A program made the position numbers and the translations under genes. A DNA stretch of 64,000 nucleotides, from NCBI GenBank assembly GCA_043228905.1, contig JBHGNT010000011.1, positions 5,146,001-5,210,000 on the forward strand, in the 5' to 3' direction. This document shows, piece after piece, positions 23,301 to 36,326 of the stretch. Numbering within the stretch: position 1 is the first letter of the stretch; each line of letters starts with the position of its first letter. Under the pieces are notes generated by a model. The model did no database searches. It was not told the origin of the DNA and saw nothing but the letters and a program-made list of their open reading frames with translations. The DNA comes from Azolla caroliniana. Taxonomy: Eukaryota; Plantae; Polypodiophyta.

Positions 23301-25706
23301 CTCGAGGACCCGGCCGAAGACGGTGAAGAAACAGAACCGGCCGAAGAAGATGAAAATGATACCGGAACCGGCCCCGATCCCGAAATGGATTCGGATGAAG
23401 AAGAATCGGAAGAACCGGTTACCGAAGCTCCAGAACGGAGATATCCTCTAAGAGAGAGAAGGGCCCCCCGGAGATTTCCGGAACCAGAGCACGTGCTGCT
23501 AACCGACGAGGGGGAGCCGGAGAGCTTTGAAGAAGCAAAACATGACACCCAGAGCCGCAGGTGGTTGAGTGCCATGCAGGACGAGATGGATTCCCTGCAT
23601 GAGAACCACACATATGAACTTGTGGAGTTGCCGAAAGGAAAGCGGGCACTTCGAAACAAGTGGGTGTTCAAGCTGAAACCGGGAGATGCCGGAAACCCCC
23701 CGAGATACAAAGCCAGGATCGTGGTGAAGGGGTTTCAGCAGAAGAAGGGCGTCGACTTCGACGAGATATTTGCCCCGGTAGTGAAGATGACCTCCATCCG
23801 GACGGTGCTGAGCATAGCGGCAAGCATGGACCTCGAGGTAGAACAGATGGACTTGAAGACGGCATTTCTTCACGGTGACCTCGATGAAGAGATCTACATG
23901 CAGCAACCGGAAGGATTCGAGAAGAAAGGGAAGGAGCACCTGGTATGCCGGTTGAAGAAGAGCCTTTACGGACTGAAGCAGGCCCCCCGGCAATGGTACC
24001 GGAAGTTCGACTCCTTCATGACCGACGAAGGGTACCTCAAAACGCAGTCCGACCACTGCGTGTTTGTGAAGAAGTTCGAAGGAGGAGACTTTCTAATACT
24101 CCTCCTGTACGTGGACGACATGTTGATCGTCGGACGGGACCAGGTCAAGATACGGATGCCGAAGAAGGCTCTTCACCGAACCTTCTCAATGAGGGACCTG
24201 GGTCCGGCGAGGCAAATACTAGGGATGCACATCATCCGGGACCGGAAGAAGAAGCAGTTGTGGCTGTCACAGGAGAAGTACGTGACGAAGGTGCTTCACC
24301 GGTTCAACATGTCGGAAGCAAGACCGGTCGGATCGACCCTCCCGGCAAACTGCAAGCTGTCCAGCAAGCAAAGTCCCAAGACAAAGGCTGAAAAGGAGGA
24401 TATGATGAAAGTGCCGTATGCCTCAGCCGTCGGGAGCTTGATGTACGCCATGGTGTGTACGAGACCGGACATCGGATATGCAGTCGGAGTGGTGAGCCGG
24501 TACATGAGCAATCCCGGCAAAGAGCATTGGAACGCGGCCAAGTGGATACTCCGATACCTGAAAGGCACGGCAAACGTGTGCCTCCGATTCGGCTCCGGTA
24601 AGCCCGAACTCGACGGCTTCACCGATTCGGATATGTCGGCTGATGCAGATACCAGCCGGTCCACATCAGGGTATGTGATGACGTATGCAGGGGGAGCCGT
24701 TTCGTGGCAGTCGAGGCTGCAGAAGACGGTTGCGTTGTCAACCACGGAGGCGGAGTACATGGCAGCTGTTGAAGCCGGCAAGGAAATAATATGGATGAAG
24801 GACTTCATTAGAGAGCTCGGTATCCGGCAGGAGGAGTACCGACTCTACTGCGACAGTCAGAGTGCAATCCACCTTGCGAAGAACGCGGCCTATCACTCCC
24901 GGACGAAGCACATCCAGCGAAGATATCACTGGATCCGGGAAAGGATAGAAGACAAGGAGTTCGTGCTGACAAAGATCCACACGGACGAGAACGGGTCGGA
25001 TATGCTGACCAAGGTGCTCACACCCGACAAGCTGGAAGCATGCCGGAAGAGGATCGGATTGGAAAGACATCCCATGCCGAAGTGAAGGGGGAGTTTGTCG
25101 GGATTATAGTCCCTTCGGATGGGATGGTCGGATGTCGGAGATGAATGCCGACGAGCCCGGTTTCGGTTTCGGAACCGGATGATGGAGACCCCGGCTTCAG
25201 AGCCGGATGACGAATGTATCCGGAGAGCGATCCGGATGCAGGGACATATCCGTGAATATGTTTGCTATGGGCCCCTGAGGCTACAGTTGTAAATAGCCCC
25301 AAAGTCATATATGTATAAATATGACTTAGGGCAAACTGTTTTAGTGTTGCTAATCATTTTTCTGTTTTTCCACTCAAGAGGAGTGAAGAGGGAGCAGCCG
25401 TGAGAGAGAGAGAGATAGAGCGCGAGAGAGGAAGAGGACGATGCCTCTGTGTATTTCCGCCGCCTGTGGCGAGGACAGCGAGCTCAAGGTCATCGCCTTG
25501 GAGCTCGTCATTGTATACTTCTCTTTGTATAGTGTTGTTTGGAGTCTTGTACTCCCGTGGTTTTTTTTCCCATCTAGGGTTTTCCACGTTAATCCCTGTG
25601 TACTCGTGTGTTTCTCTCTTTTGGTTTCTATTTTCTGCTGCATTGATCCGCGATTACTCGGTTGTGGCTGAGTGAAGAAGGTGAATCGAAGCGTCGATTC
25701 CCAACA
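20372..25706 (+). mobile_element. Ty1/copia element C, full length
   Basis: LTRs 20372-20982 and 25096-25706 (611 bp, about 4 substitutions by eye); TSD AAATT; PBS 20986-20997; PPT overlapping the stop codon. Confidence 0.97.
21012..25085 (+). CDS. Intact copia gag-pol polyprotein (Gag-PR-IN-RT-RH)
   Basis: Uninterrupted ORF of about 1357 aa with CFHCGKPGHFRKNC, VDSGAS, HTDV/DNGGE/E integrase, YVDDML, TKHIQRRYH. Confidence 0.96.
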   Translation: MEGGGSGQPMMMVLNAQNYADWKIKMEDLLIVRDLYEPIDRSEIPKGVLESEWKLLNRKAVATIRQYVDVSVLQHVANDTNAYEMWKKLSGLYERKNALNRTSLMRKIVNLKYRDGESMVEHVSTFMGFVNQLAAIKFPLEDAMQAIILMCTLPESWENLVVTLSTSCTEDNLSLQTVKTSILNEEERRRDKEPASDPKMLFTESDRGRQWNRSPQRREKSGTRSQSRGRPTCFHCGKPGHFRKNCRHYRKDNGTDNTDSKKSPERNGAYRGATDRNGSDRRGQDRKGTTALAASEEEIMLITEEGELNIAGDETTWVVDSGASFHLTPERRYFSSYTAGEHGCVRMGNEGTCRIAGIGDVWLTTPTGCKMLLKDVRHVPEVRLNLISAGRLDDEGYTGSIRNGVMKFSKGSLIVARVRKVNTLYLMNARLCPEELNVAADTAGELWHKRLCHMSEKGMKRLAEDNLIPVKHVHLEKCTDCLAGKQNRNSFHSRPPTRRSAPLELVHTDVCQVETKSHGGAQYFVTFIDDHSRKLWTAPLKTKDQVLCVFKELHARVERESGKKLKAIRADNGGEYRGQFQEYCRSKGIRLEFTVPKTPELNGLAERMNRTIMERVRSMLAHAKLPKGFWAEAMSTATYVINRSPSVPLDGDTPQRVWTGREVSYRHLKVFGCLAYVHVAKDRRGKLDPKTRPCIFLGYGDDEFGYRVWDPVDKKIFRSRDIIFMEDKTLADLESEKKMKSSKSTGEDKLYEEQSRPARDRLALEDPAEDGEETEPAEEDENDTGTGPDPEMDSDEEESEEPVTEAPERRYPLRERRAPRRFPEPEHVLLTDEGEPESFEEAKHDTQSRRWLSAMQDEMDSLHENHTYELVELPKGKRALRNKWVFKLKPGDAGNPPRYKARIVVKGFQQKKGVDFDEIFAPVVKMTSIRTVLSIAASMDLEVEQMDLKTAFLHGDLDEEIYMQQPEGFEKKGKEHLVCRLKKSLYGLKQAPRQWYRKFDSFMTDEGYLKTQSDHCVFVKKFEGGDFLILLLYVDDMLIVGRDQVKIRMPKKALHRTFSMRDLGPARQILGMHIIRDRKKKQLWLSQEKYVTKVLHRFNMSEARPVGSTLPANCKLSSKQSPKTKAEKEDMMKVPYASAVGSLMYAMVCTRPDIGYAVGVVSRYMSNPGKEHWNAAKWILRYLKGTANVCLRFGSGKPELDGFTDSDMSADADTSRSTSGYVMTYAGGAVSWQSRLQKTVALSTTEAEYMAAVEAGKEIIWMKDFIRELGIRQEEYRLYCDSQSAIHLAKNAAYHSRTKHIQRRYHWIRERIEDKEFVLTKIHTDENGSDMLTKVLTPDKLEACRKRIGLERHPMPK

Positions 25707-26974
25707 AAATTTTGATCCATGAAACATGAATTGGTTTGTGAATCCAAGAGTGTAGATGAGAACTTCATGTGTTGAATTGAACTTGTGCCACTAAAACTTT
25801 ACTGACTCAGTTCGACGAAATGGAACTTGGGCTTAGAACAAGTTTTGTATATTTTGGTTTGGTCCAACCGAATGGCTTTGATTTTTGCTAGAGTTACTCG
25901 TTTAATTGGCTGCTCACAGGAATTCTTGGTTTATTGACTTTGATTGGAGAATATGAATTAAAATTCTCAATAGTACTTTATTTAATTTTGTCTTTGGTTG
26001 ATGTGGACAATGTATTGTTATATGTCCAAGACCACCACATATATAGGCTAAGTTGATTTGCTCGACGTTGTTGGTTCTCTGCTTCGAACAAAGGGCCTCA
26101 TAGCTATGCCTCATCAATCTCCATTGGAATAGGTCCATCAAAAGGAATAGGATTGCGAACTTGCATTGGTCCTAAATGTGATGAGGCTAATGCTGAAGTG
26201 TACATGTTGGCTCAGATCTAATGCGCATCGACATTTGTTGGTGCTTAGAGCATCGCTCGAATAAACTATTGTCACATCGAACTATGCAAGTAATAGCTTT
26301 TGTTAGTGATTTAGGTTCATCGTGAAACACCAAAAGTAAGTCTTTAACATCATTACGCAAACCATGTCAAAATAAATCTGTTAACGTCGCTTGATCACAA
26401 GGAATATCAGAAGCAAGAAGATAAAAATATGGTGTAAGCTGAGGAAGGGCCATCTCCTTGACGTAATCTTTGGATTTTATTTATCATCGTTCTTATGCTA
26501 TTTGTATCAACAAAACTAGCTTGGAGTTCATTGATATGAATCTAGTATAGGGGACATCATCTCTAGTAATGGTGCAAACAATGCTACTGCAGTTCTTGTC
26601 AATAATGTTCCAACTAACCCAACTCGAGTTGCGTTAGTTAGACATTGGTAGGGATGCATATGAATTACAAGGTGTACCTGATTTAAGAATCCTCAAAACT
26701 GTTGGATTAAAAGTCCCACTCTACCCATCTTGTATCCTCATTGTGAACACATAGTTAACCTAACTATTTAAGCAGCTAGTTGATCTTGTAAGATAGTTTG
26801 GTGGTAATGTAAAGTTTTGTCTCTTGAGCAAACTCTGTAACTCTCTCTTTTTATCGTAATTACCTTACCCTAGTGGTAAGTTGTTAGCACTACAAGCACT
26901 GCGTTATGGGTTTGAAACCCAACTTCCTCACCTCTCTATTATATACTTCTTATATATCTCAAAATTCACTAGAT

Positions 26975-27054
26975 GCCACTATGGAATGTAGGGGTTGAAC
27001 CCATGACCACCTGGTCTCCATTGGGCAACCTTACCAACTGAGCTACATCCATCT

Positions 27055-27058
<4 letters not shown>
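26975..27058 (-). other. tRNA-derived (SINE-head-like) sequence
   Basis: Box A TAGCTCAGTTGG (27045-27034), box B GGTTCAACCCC (27001-26991), flanking stem ATGGATGTAG/CTACATTCCAT; no convincing anticodon arm. Confidence 0.55.

Positions 27059-27102
<44 letters not shown>
27058..27102. repeat. (CT)n microsatellite
   Basis: Direct read. Confidence 0.95.
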
Positions 27103-27107
<5 letters not shown>

Positions 27108-29620
27108 GAAACATGGGAGCATGATACTCAAAGGATTCAAGGTTTAGGAAACTATAATGTAACTCTTTGACATCGAAGAAAAGTCTAAGACAAAGAAGAG
27201 GATGAGGGGTAGCATGTTTCATTAAGAAGGAAATAGAGAAATATGTGTCAATTGTAAAAAAGGATGAACAAAAATACTACATATGGCTCAAAATAGAAAC
27301 AGCCAATGATTTTCCCACTTTTGTAGTTGGATGTTACGTTCCTCATCAAGATTCTAACTTTTATGCTTGTTTGGATAAAGATCCACCTTTTGCCAATCTA
27401 AAAGATGATATTGCTTATTTCAAATCCAAATGGGAAGTTATTATCTTTGGTGACATGAATGCATGTACAAAAAGTTTTTAACTTGATACACAACAATCTT
27501 GCATGCCACATATGTCAAGGATGTAAGAGGGTATACAAATGTATAGCCGCTCTTCTAGCGATGAAAAAGATTTGAACCAATTTGGGAAGTTACTCCTATA
27601 ACAAATGTGGAATAGTATTGAATTGCTTATTGCGAATGGTGTCTCCTTATGGCCCAACACTAATGGTTTTACATGTAGAAAACACAATGGAAATAGCGTA
27701 ATTTACTACATGCTACTTTTTTAAGGTATTTTGGATCGTATACATAAGTTCTCACTTGGTGAATAGACACTAGAATCTGATCATAGGGCTTTATCTATTG
27801 ACCTCAAATGTATGCATAGGTTTGATTGTGAGAAAGCCATTGAAGATAATAAACAACCCCACTTAAGGATGAACCTTAAGCAAGCGCCCATGTACTCCAA
27901 GATGGTTGAGGATATGTTACAAATGACAAAGATACAACATGGTGCCACACTAGAATGCAAATGGGAAGCTTTTAATAAACTCATTCTCTCATGTGCAAAT
28001 GTTTTTTTACCAATGCATCAAGAAATGTAGTTCAAAGAAACAATGGTTTGATAAAGAATGTCATGAAGCTCGAAACCGCCTTATGATTTTGGATGTAGTT
28101 AAGGATAAGGAAAATTACCAAAAGAATTTGCATAGGTATAAAAGGCTTATTAAAATAAAGAGAAGAATATGGGAAGTTACTCAACAATTTCTCCGAACGC
28201 AAGAGAAAGCGCATGCATGGGCTATATTTTGGGGAAATCTAAAGGCGAAATGTGTTGAGAGTTATGGTGACTTAACTCTTCTAGACTTATTTATGTATTG
28301 TAAGAATCTATATGAGCTATCTCTTGCGGGAAAGATGATGTGTTATGGTTCTCTTCCACATATGTCTCCCTGATTTACAATCGAAGATATATGCATAGGA
28401 CTTAAGAAATTGGCTTCTCGAAAGGCAAGCAATCTTCAATGTATAAAGGCTGAAATGCTCAAATGGATGGGAGAGGAAGCACATGCATGGATAAGAGATA
28501 TGTTTAATCATGCATTGTAACATGGCTTACCATATGATTGGACTACAAATTGGATCAAACATTTACATAAATGTGGAGATGTAAATAAAGTAAATAACTA
28601 TCGAACAATCATTGTTGGCTTGTTAATGACAAAACTATTTGGATGTATAATGGAATCAAAGATAAGTACATGGGCAAAAAATAATGGTAAGAGAGCTTAT
28701 GGACGAGCTGGCGTTCAAAAACACTATGGCACCATTGATCACCTTGTCACCCTTGGAGTATTAATGGAGGAAAGTCTCCTTGGAGGTAAAGGTTTATGTT
28801 GTTGCTTTGTAGACTTTAAGGAAGCTTTTGATATGTTACCTCATGAGGATCTTTAGAGGCGAATGGAAGAACTCAAGGTGCCAAGTGAATATATGCTTGC
28901 AATCGCCCGAATATATGAGAAGGTTATATGTTGAATGCATATGAGCGATAAACTTTCAGATTTTTTCGATAACACTATTGGTGTGAAGCAAGGATGCCCA
29001 CTCCACCAACTCTATTTGGTCTATGCATTGATGAATTGGAAGAAATGGTTGCCAAGTTTGGAAAGGAAGAAGGTGTTGAAGAAGTTGCAATTGGGAATGT
29101 GGTCCTTACGCTTTTGCTATATGCACTTGATGTAGTGCTTTTTGAAAATACTTTAGGAGATATGCAAAAGCTTATGTCATTGGAAAATTTTTGCATGCAT
29201 ACAAAATTAAGTGTTAATAGCTCTAAAACAAAGATTATGCTTGTGAAGAGCCAAACAAGAGATAAGCCATGCATTATGTAAAATAATGAGCCACTTGAAT
29301 GTGTGGAAAGCTTCAAATATCTTGGCCTTGAAGTTCCTTCAAATCATAGATGGAATGAATGTGCTACGCGCCAGTTAGAGGCGGAAAGCGAGCATATTAT
29401 GCATTTGAGAACACATGCAATCGTGGAGATATTAAGTATTGGGTCCTCAAGAAATACCTTTTCGACACTTTGGTGACACCAATGCTTCTCTAAAGGGTAG
29501 AAGTATGGGGTGGTGGCATCCCTAAATCTACTTGGAAAGAGTTTGAAAAGATCCAAAAATATTTTTTTACAAATTTTCTACAAGTTACGAAACAAACATC
29601 ACACATCCTCCTCCTTGAGA
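27103..29620 (+). pseudogene. Degenerate LINE ORF2 (APE + RT), 5'-truncated
   Basis: VETWE, VGCYVP, FGDMNA, NYRTIIV, FVDFKEAFD, GVKQGCP, LLYALD; many stops and frameshifts. Confidence 0.85.
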
Positions 29621-31747
29621 TGGTGTCATGCCTTTTCGCATCGAATCGTTGCGTGAGTCAAGTGGGAACTCCCAAAGTTTAGGACTAGGAGGAGGAAAAT
29701 TTTAAGGTTAATAAGGATATAAATATATTGTAAGAAAGAGATATAGAAACCTCGTGAATCCCACAAGTGTATTGTATTAGATTAATCAACCCTTAGAACC
29801 CTAATAGTTGATTGGAAAAGATTGGAAAAGATAGATCGAAAAAAAATCGTGAATCACATGAGTATAGTATATTAGATCAATATTTAGAAATCCTAATAAA
29901 ACCCAAGAATCAACAACCACAATACATCTTTCTCTTCTCCTCATATAGTGATGGAAGAGGCTAAGTATATCTTACCATATGGCAAGCATCATGCTTTTTC
30001 TAACTTCATGTTTTTTTTTAACTTCATGCTTTTTTCTAACTAATTATAGTGCTCATGCACGCTATATGTGCATGAGTAGCTTTTTCTATAAAATGTTTTC
30101 TTTAACTAAAGTTTTATGTAGGCTACACGTATATAAGTAGCTTTTTCTAGAATTTATACTTGAGGATAAGCTTTTTTACATATTGAACGCATACTTGATG
30201 ATTTGGTAGAATGGTAAGGTTTTGTTTTGTTTACATGGAGGTACAGGGTTTGAATACTGCCCTTTGCATGTAATATATATTTTAGTAATTTCTTCCATTT
30301 CTTTATCTTTATTTAATTGGGTACTCCTTACATATTTCACATAATCTAAAAAGTACACTACGACAATGGAATCACTTCCCCCTAAGATCTTCACCATGGA
30401 AAGGGTTTTTGAATACATGTTTAAGGTTCAAAAAGTCTCTCACATCGACTTCCTGGAATCGTGTGGGAAGCAAGCAAAAAGATCCAAAAGACGCATAAAA
30501 GTGGTTTGGTAGATGAGATGCAACACATGCATGAAGTTAGCAACTAAGAGTTTCCACCAAGTATTTGTTTGGCATCTCATCAGGCACAATGAGACAATAT
30601 CTGCGAAGGTTGAGGTAATTCCGGTAATGTTCTAGTTCCACAATTAAGGTATTATCAACATTATATTCTGGCCACATTGTCCAAAAATCAGAAAGGTTTT
30701 TGAACCTTACAATATCCTTCTGCTCACAGTTTTCCCTTGTCCACTGGCCCTTAAAATGGTGTATTCACCTTTGGAATTTAATCCCTCCACACACTTTTAG
30801 ACTTCATTACATGGTTTATCACTCCAAATAAACAAATCAAACCATTGCATAGCCCATGACATAATTTGATCTGTGTCCCTCTTGATGTCATGAATTGCAC
30901 ACTCATGGGTTGTTTTTCTTCTTCTAGTGATTTGGTTTCCATTCTTGCAACTCAGCCTCTATTACACTAACCCTAGGTAGCACTCAATCAATTTAAATCA
31001 ACTCAAGTTCTGTCGGCAAAATTGGTGTACTTTTCCTCTTCACACCCCTGGCAGGTTGTGTCTTTAGGTCTTGCTTCACCTGGTTTTGCTCCTACACATT
31101 CAACACCCTTTGCTTGCATTCTAATTGTTAGCCTCGCATCATCTCTGTGCTTGTACATACTTCTCTAATCAAGATGAGCCTAATAGTATCGGTTGTTGCA
31201 TCTACCTGCAAAACTAGATCATTTGTGCAGCAAGCTTGATCCACTTGATTGACCAAATCATCCGTGTTAGTTGCTACATCTACTCTCAAGATGGGGCCCT
31301 CAAAACACACGCCGACATCATAAGTTTCCACACTGCCATCGGGCTTAGGACGAAGAGATTCATACCCTTTCGTCTCTCCAACATATAAAAAAGCAGCATA
31401 TTCACACTCCCAAAGTAGCTAGCAGTCTTATAAAACATGTTAACGGAGCAACCTCAACTAGGGCCAAATCGGCTGAAGAAGCCGAGAGCTGGATCGACTA
31501 GACATCGATCAGGTAGGCCCGAATCAAATAGAATCCGATAGGCTGTTAGGGGCCTATATTACTATTTTAGTAATAGGAATATTATAGGCAAAGTTAGTGT
31601 CAGGATCAGTTAATGAGTATTCAAGTACTTTTTAGTATTTGTGTCAGCCCACTCATTAGGGCTTGTATATAAAGTGCTCTGTAAGCACACTTGTTGTATC
31701 GGGTACTGAGTTTTTGTAATTGAAACATTCTGTTGTCAGGTCCACTT

Positions 31748-31749
<2 letters not shown>

Positions 31750-31800
<51 letters not shown>
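31750..31800. repeat. (CT)n microsatellite at the 5' junction of LINE F
   Basis: Direct read. Confidence 0.95.
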
Positions 31801-31804
<4 letters not shown>

Positions 31805-32830
31805 CAGTCGTGCTGCTGTTGCCACGTTGTCGTCGCTGCCATCTGCGACGTCTGTCACCGCTTGCTATCGTGCTGCACTCTCTCTCTCTCCCCCCCCCAT
31901 CGTGTTGTCGTCTGTTGCTGCACTGCCACCTCTGACGTCCGTCGCCGTCTATTGCCACGCTGCCATCTGCTGTCATCGATCGTCGTCTGCGTGTTGGATG
32001 ACTTGCTGTCGTTCGTCATCGTCCGTCGTAGTCGCCGTTGCCGTTGTCGTGTTCTTCTCCTTCTTGTTCTTGACGTTGCCGAGTGCCGTGTTTCTTTTCT
32101 TGGCGGCGCATCCTTGTTCTTTTAGCGTGCTCGTCGTGTGCAAAATGTTGATGTGACAATGACATACACACAAACTCGGCTAAGTCTCGAACCCATTTAT
32201 TTTATCTTTTTTTCTTATTGACACTACAATGTCTAAACGAAAGGAACATAAGGATACACAAGACGAGGCTATAAATAAGGAGGACTTTTTAGATATGTTT
32301 AACCATTAAACAAAAATAGAGATGGATATGAAAAAATGGGTGAAAGACGCTGAAACCCACAAGAAAAAAGATAGAGAGGAAAAAGACGCCCTCAAGGCCG
32401 AAATAGAAAAACTTAAAGAGGAAAACACAAACCTCAAACAACAACTTAATGACATCGAGGTATCCCGAGAGGACGGTGAAATATCCTCCATAGAGGATAT
32501 AAAAGATGAGATAAAAAAAGTTAAAGAGGAGGTTAAAAATAACATAGAGTTAGCAAAAACGAGTAGGGTAGATGTGGTTAAAAGAAACATTAAAAAAGAA
32601 ATAAAGGATGAAAATATTGTTAATACCACCCTTGAAGAGGAGAAAATGCGTCAGGCCCGACGCCTAAATGTGCGTGTCACTAGGCTCAAGGAAGGTGCAT
32701 CCCCGGACGAGGATGCACAAACACTCGGGAAAATGTTAGGGTACACAACAACCCTACCTATCACTAAAGCTTGGAGGGCCAGACACGACACAACTAGGAA
32801 GAGAGACTTAGTTCTTCAATTTAAAGACTT

Positions 32831-33542
32831 TGACAGGAACTAAAACGCTCCTTATACACAACGCTCGGCCACAACCGAGCTTAGGATCATACACAAAAAA
32901 CGGGAAAGAAAACACGACACGAAGAAGAGAAGAGTACACAGGATGTTTACGTGGAAAACCCAAACTAAGGGAAAAACCACGGCAGCCCACAGGCTACAAA
33001 CTATCACTATGCTAGAATGTACAACAGTGAGTTCACGGAGGCAACGACCTCGTGCTCACGATCTTCGCCACAAGCGGCGGTTACAACAGAGGCAACGACC
33101 TCTTTCTCTCTCACTCTCTCTGTACACTATTACGCGCTCTCTCTTTTCTCCTTGCACCAACAAGAATGACCACAACTGTAGTTTGGCCTAAGTCATATTT
33201 ATACTAATATGACTTTTCGGCTATTTACAAATGTAGCCACGATGGACTCTCAGAAACATATATGTCTCTTCATCCGGTGAGCACTTCTCACCGGGTCTGC
33301 ACCATCCGGCTCTCCGTAGCTGGGTACTCCTCATCCGGTTCTCACCGGGCCTGCATCATCTGGCTCTCTGTAGCCGGGTACTCCTCATCTGGTTCTCACC
33401 GGGCCTGCACCATCCGGCTCTCCGTAGCCGGGTACTCCTCATCCGGTTCTCACCGGGTCTACACCATCCGGCTCTCGTAGCTGAGTTTGTTCATCAGCAC
33501 TATTCTTCTCCCTTCCCATCCGGAGGGACCTGTCTTCCAACA
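32831..33542 (-). mobile_element. Solo LTR of a copia family related to A/B/C, inserted in LINE ORF1
   Basis: TG...CA ends; TSD GACTT (32826-32830, 33543-33547); reverse complement begins TGTTGGAAGACAGGTCCCTCCGGATGGGA; 54-bp tandem repeats 33290-33480. Confidence 0.9.
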
Positions 33543-36326
33543 GACTTAGACTCTAGAATCACTTTCTTTAAGAAGAGACCAATTCTTCGAGGATTGGGTG
33601 GGGACCCTATCTATCTCGATGAAGACCTCACCAAGATGCAAATTGAGCATCGCAAGAGTTGTATGCCAAAGGTTATGCAAGCTCGTAAAGAAGGGCATCG
33701 CGCCTTTTATCGAGATTGGCAAGTGATCATAAATGATCGCACTACTAATTGACGGCGTGTGGCCCATGTGACAGAAAACACACTTAGGATGACCTTATGG
33801 AATTGTAACGGTGCACTTTGGACACACCCGGCCGCCTAGAGGAGATATTAAAGGAATCAGATATAGTTTGCCTAGTAGAAACACACCAAAGCCCAAATAG
33901 GGGACTCCCACGAGTCGAAGGATTTCATTGGGAGTCGACTTTTAGACAAACCTCACGTCGATGCACTACTAGGGGATCTGGAAGTGTCGCAATATTGTTT
34001 CGGAGGGAGCTACATAATAGGATAGAAATACTGAGCACAGACCTAGAAGCTCATTTTATGTGGGTGAAAGTCTCCACAAGCAAGGACAAGGCAGTATTTT
34101 TCGCCATTTGTTACTTCCCCCCGAAAGGCTCTCGTTATAATCTGGTTGGCGAGGCGAGATTAGTTGATGAAGGAGTGCCACATGGACCTTTCCCATATGA
34201 ACCTCTATCGGATGACATAATCCGATATTCTTCCCAAGGAGAAGTATTCCTTGTAGGAGACTTTAATGCGAGAACCCAATCCCGACAATGCACAATATTT
34301 CAAATGAATAGAAACCTAGAAATGGTAAATGTCGATCCTTTAGACATAGACACCACACGTAGATCAAAGGATCAAGGTGCGGACGCCACGAGCTTTGGCC
34401 ATCATTTGCTCGAACTTGGCAGTCTGCACCAAATGGTCATATATAATGGTTTAGCCAAGTGGCCAGGTTCGGAAGAGCTCACATGTTTCCCACATGGAGG
34501 AGGGGAAAGCACAGCTGATTATCTAATAGGACGCTCTGAAGCTACCCACATAATTAACTCCTTCCGAGTGGACCCATGTCCTATTGGCGCGGACCATAGT
34601 TTCTTATACTTCGAGCTAAAATGCGATATCTCTAACGTCAACAACTCTAGTCAACCACGCCATGACATCACAATACATTTCACACATGAGCTCTCTGACA
34701 TATATGCTTGACATGTTCAAGCCCATCTCTCCTCCCTTGATCCCTCCCTACCTTTAGAGAGCCTTAGTACGAAACTCACACACATCCTTCACTCTGCAGT
34801 AGTTAGCAGTTTCCCATACACGAAACACTCCAATCCAGGTAAAATAGGATCTATGCCACAAAATAGATGGTATGATGAGGATTGTAGGTGCTTACATAGA
34901 CAACTTACAATATCGCAACTCAGTGGTAGTATTACCTTAGTACAAGCTCGTAAAGAAATGTGCAAGATGACACGTCGTAAGAGACGAGCATTGGAGGCAT
35001 CCCAATATTGGGAACTCCACCATATGCTCATGAGTAGCGATTGTGCCACTGCATGGAAGAGATTACGGGAACCAAGACCACAAACACCCATCGAAGATCC
35101 TAAAACTTGGCACACTTATATAGAGAGACTTTACCAAATCCCAAACCAACCACCCATTCCAATGCCTTCTACACCCCGACCTACTGTGGGGACACTCTTC
35201 ACAACCTCTAGGGTCACGAAGGTCATAAAGAAATTACAACATATGAAGTCCATGGACCACACAGGATTGCAAGCAGAACACATCATATATGCGAGAGAGT
35301 GCCTAGCTCCCTTGCTAACTCTAATCTTCAATCGTGCCCTCGCAGAGGGTTTTCCACCACAATGGACCATGAACACAGTGGCCCCCATACATAAAGGGGG
35401 GGACCACATGGACCCAAATACTTATAGGACCATTATGATAGGTCATACCCTTGCTAAATTATATGGTGCAGTAATGGAGGCAGAGCTTAGTGATTATATG
35501 GAGACCTTAAATCTTCGTGCACCTGAACAGGCTGGCTTTAGACGAGCCTTCTCCACTATTGATCATATCTTCACACTTAGATGCTTAATTGACCAGACTA
35601 AGGTTCGCAAGAAGAAACTATATTGTTGTTTTGTGGACTTCCGCAAAGCCTTTGACACGGTCCCTAGAGAGCGGTTGTTTAATAGGCTTAAGAGCTTGAG
35701 GATACCAGATGACATGGTTTCGGTCATCTACGCACTATATGAACAAGTGTTCGGGTGTGTTCGATGCCCAGGTGGCATATCCGATAGTTTCACTTGCACT
35801 ATTGGTGTAAAACAAGGTTGCCCCTTATCTCCGACTCTTTTTGGGATCTACATTGATGAGATCGCAGATTTTATTGCTCGTAAGGGAGGCAATGTGTCAG
35901 GAACAGTACTGAGACAGAGAAGGAATTAGTACTAAACAAAGGATTAGTACTATGAGAGGTGTAGAACTTCTTCGAGAGAAGGAAGGAGTGAGCAAGACGG
36001 AGAGAAAGAGAGAGAGAGAGAGAGAGAGTGTGAGAGTGATGATAAGAAAGATATGTATTATATAAAGAGAATATACAATGGTGGCTAAAAGGCTTAAGAT
36101 TGGCGTTGAACCAATTTGGTTCAACATAATGCCTAGTGCCCTCTTTTATAGTGTTTTCAGGAGTAATCCTGAAGCTTCTAGAATGTTCTAGAGAAATCTG
36201 GAATATACACTAATTTCCTATAATAAAATATAAATGAAAATATTATCCTACGTATTACAATAGATGGTCTAATGGTCAAGAGCTCGACCCATATAACCTA
36301 AGGTCATGGGTTCGAGTCTTGCCATA

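Larger units (their letters stand above)
20200..26930 (-). mobile_element. Old degenerate Ty3/gypsy (gag-protease) relic, split by copia C
   Basis: Protease reads across the copia C insertion (LLDSQTNSCFMDQNF|ATTQEILLYKLPRSTFVAIIDG), homologous to ORF 39369..39884; CCHC knuckle ICGGLGHITIHCP near 26010-26050. Boundaries are approximate. Confidence 0.75.

Noticed and set aside
10065-25070. Numerous overlapping shadow ORFs in the copia coding regions
   Set aside because: Expected in GC-rich coding DNA; they recur only because the elements are near-identical.
26975-27058. Functional tRNA gene
   Set aside because: No proper anticodon stem-loop; treated as tRNA-derived.
29624-31430. Possible LTR or other TE fragments
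   Set aside because: No paired termini, TSD or protein motif that I could support.
31621-32173. ORFs with RERERE/SLSLSL and Cys/Arg-rich text
   Set aside because: Translations of the (CT)n tract and the LINE 5' UTR.
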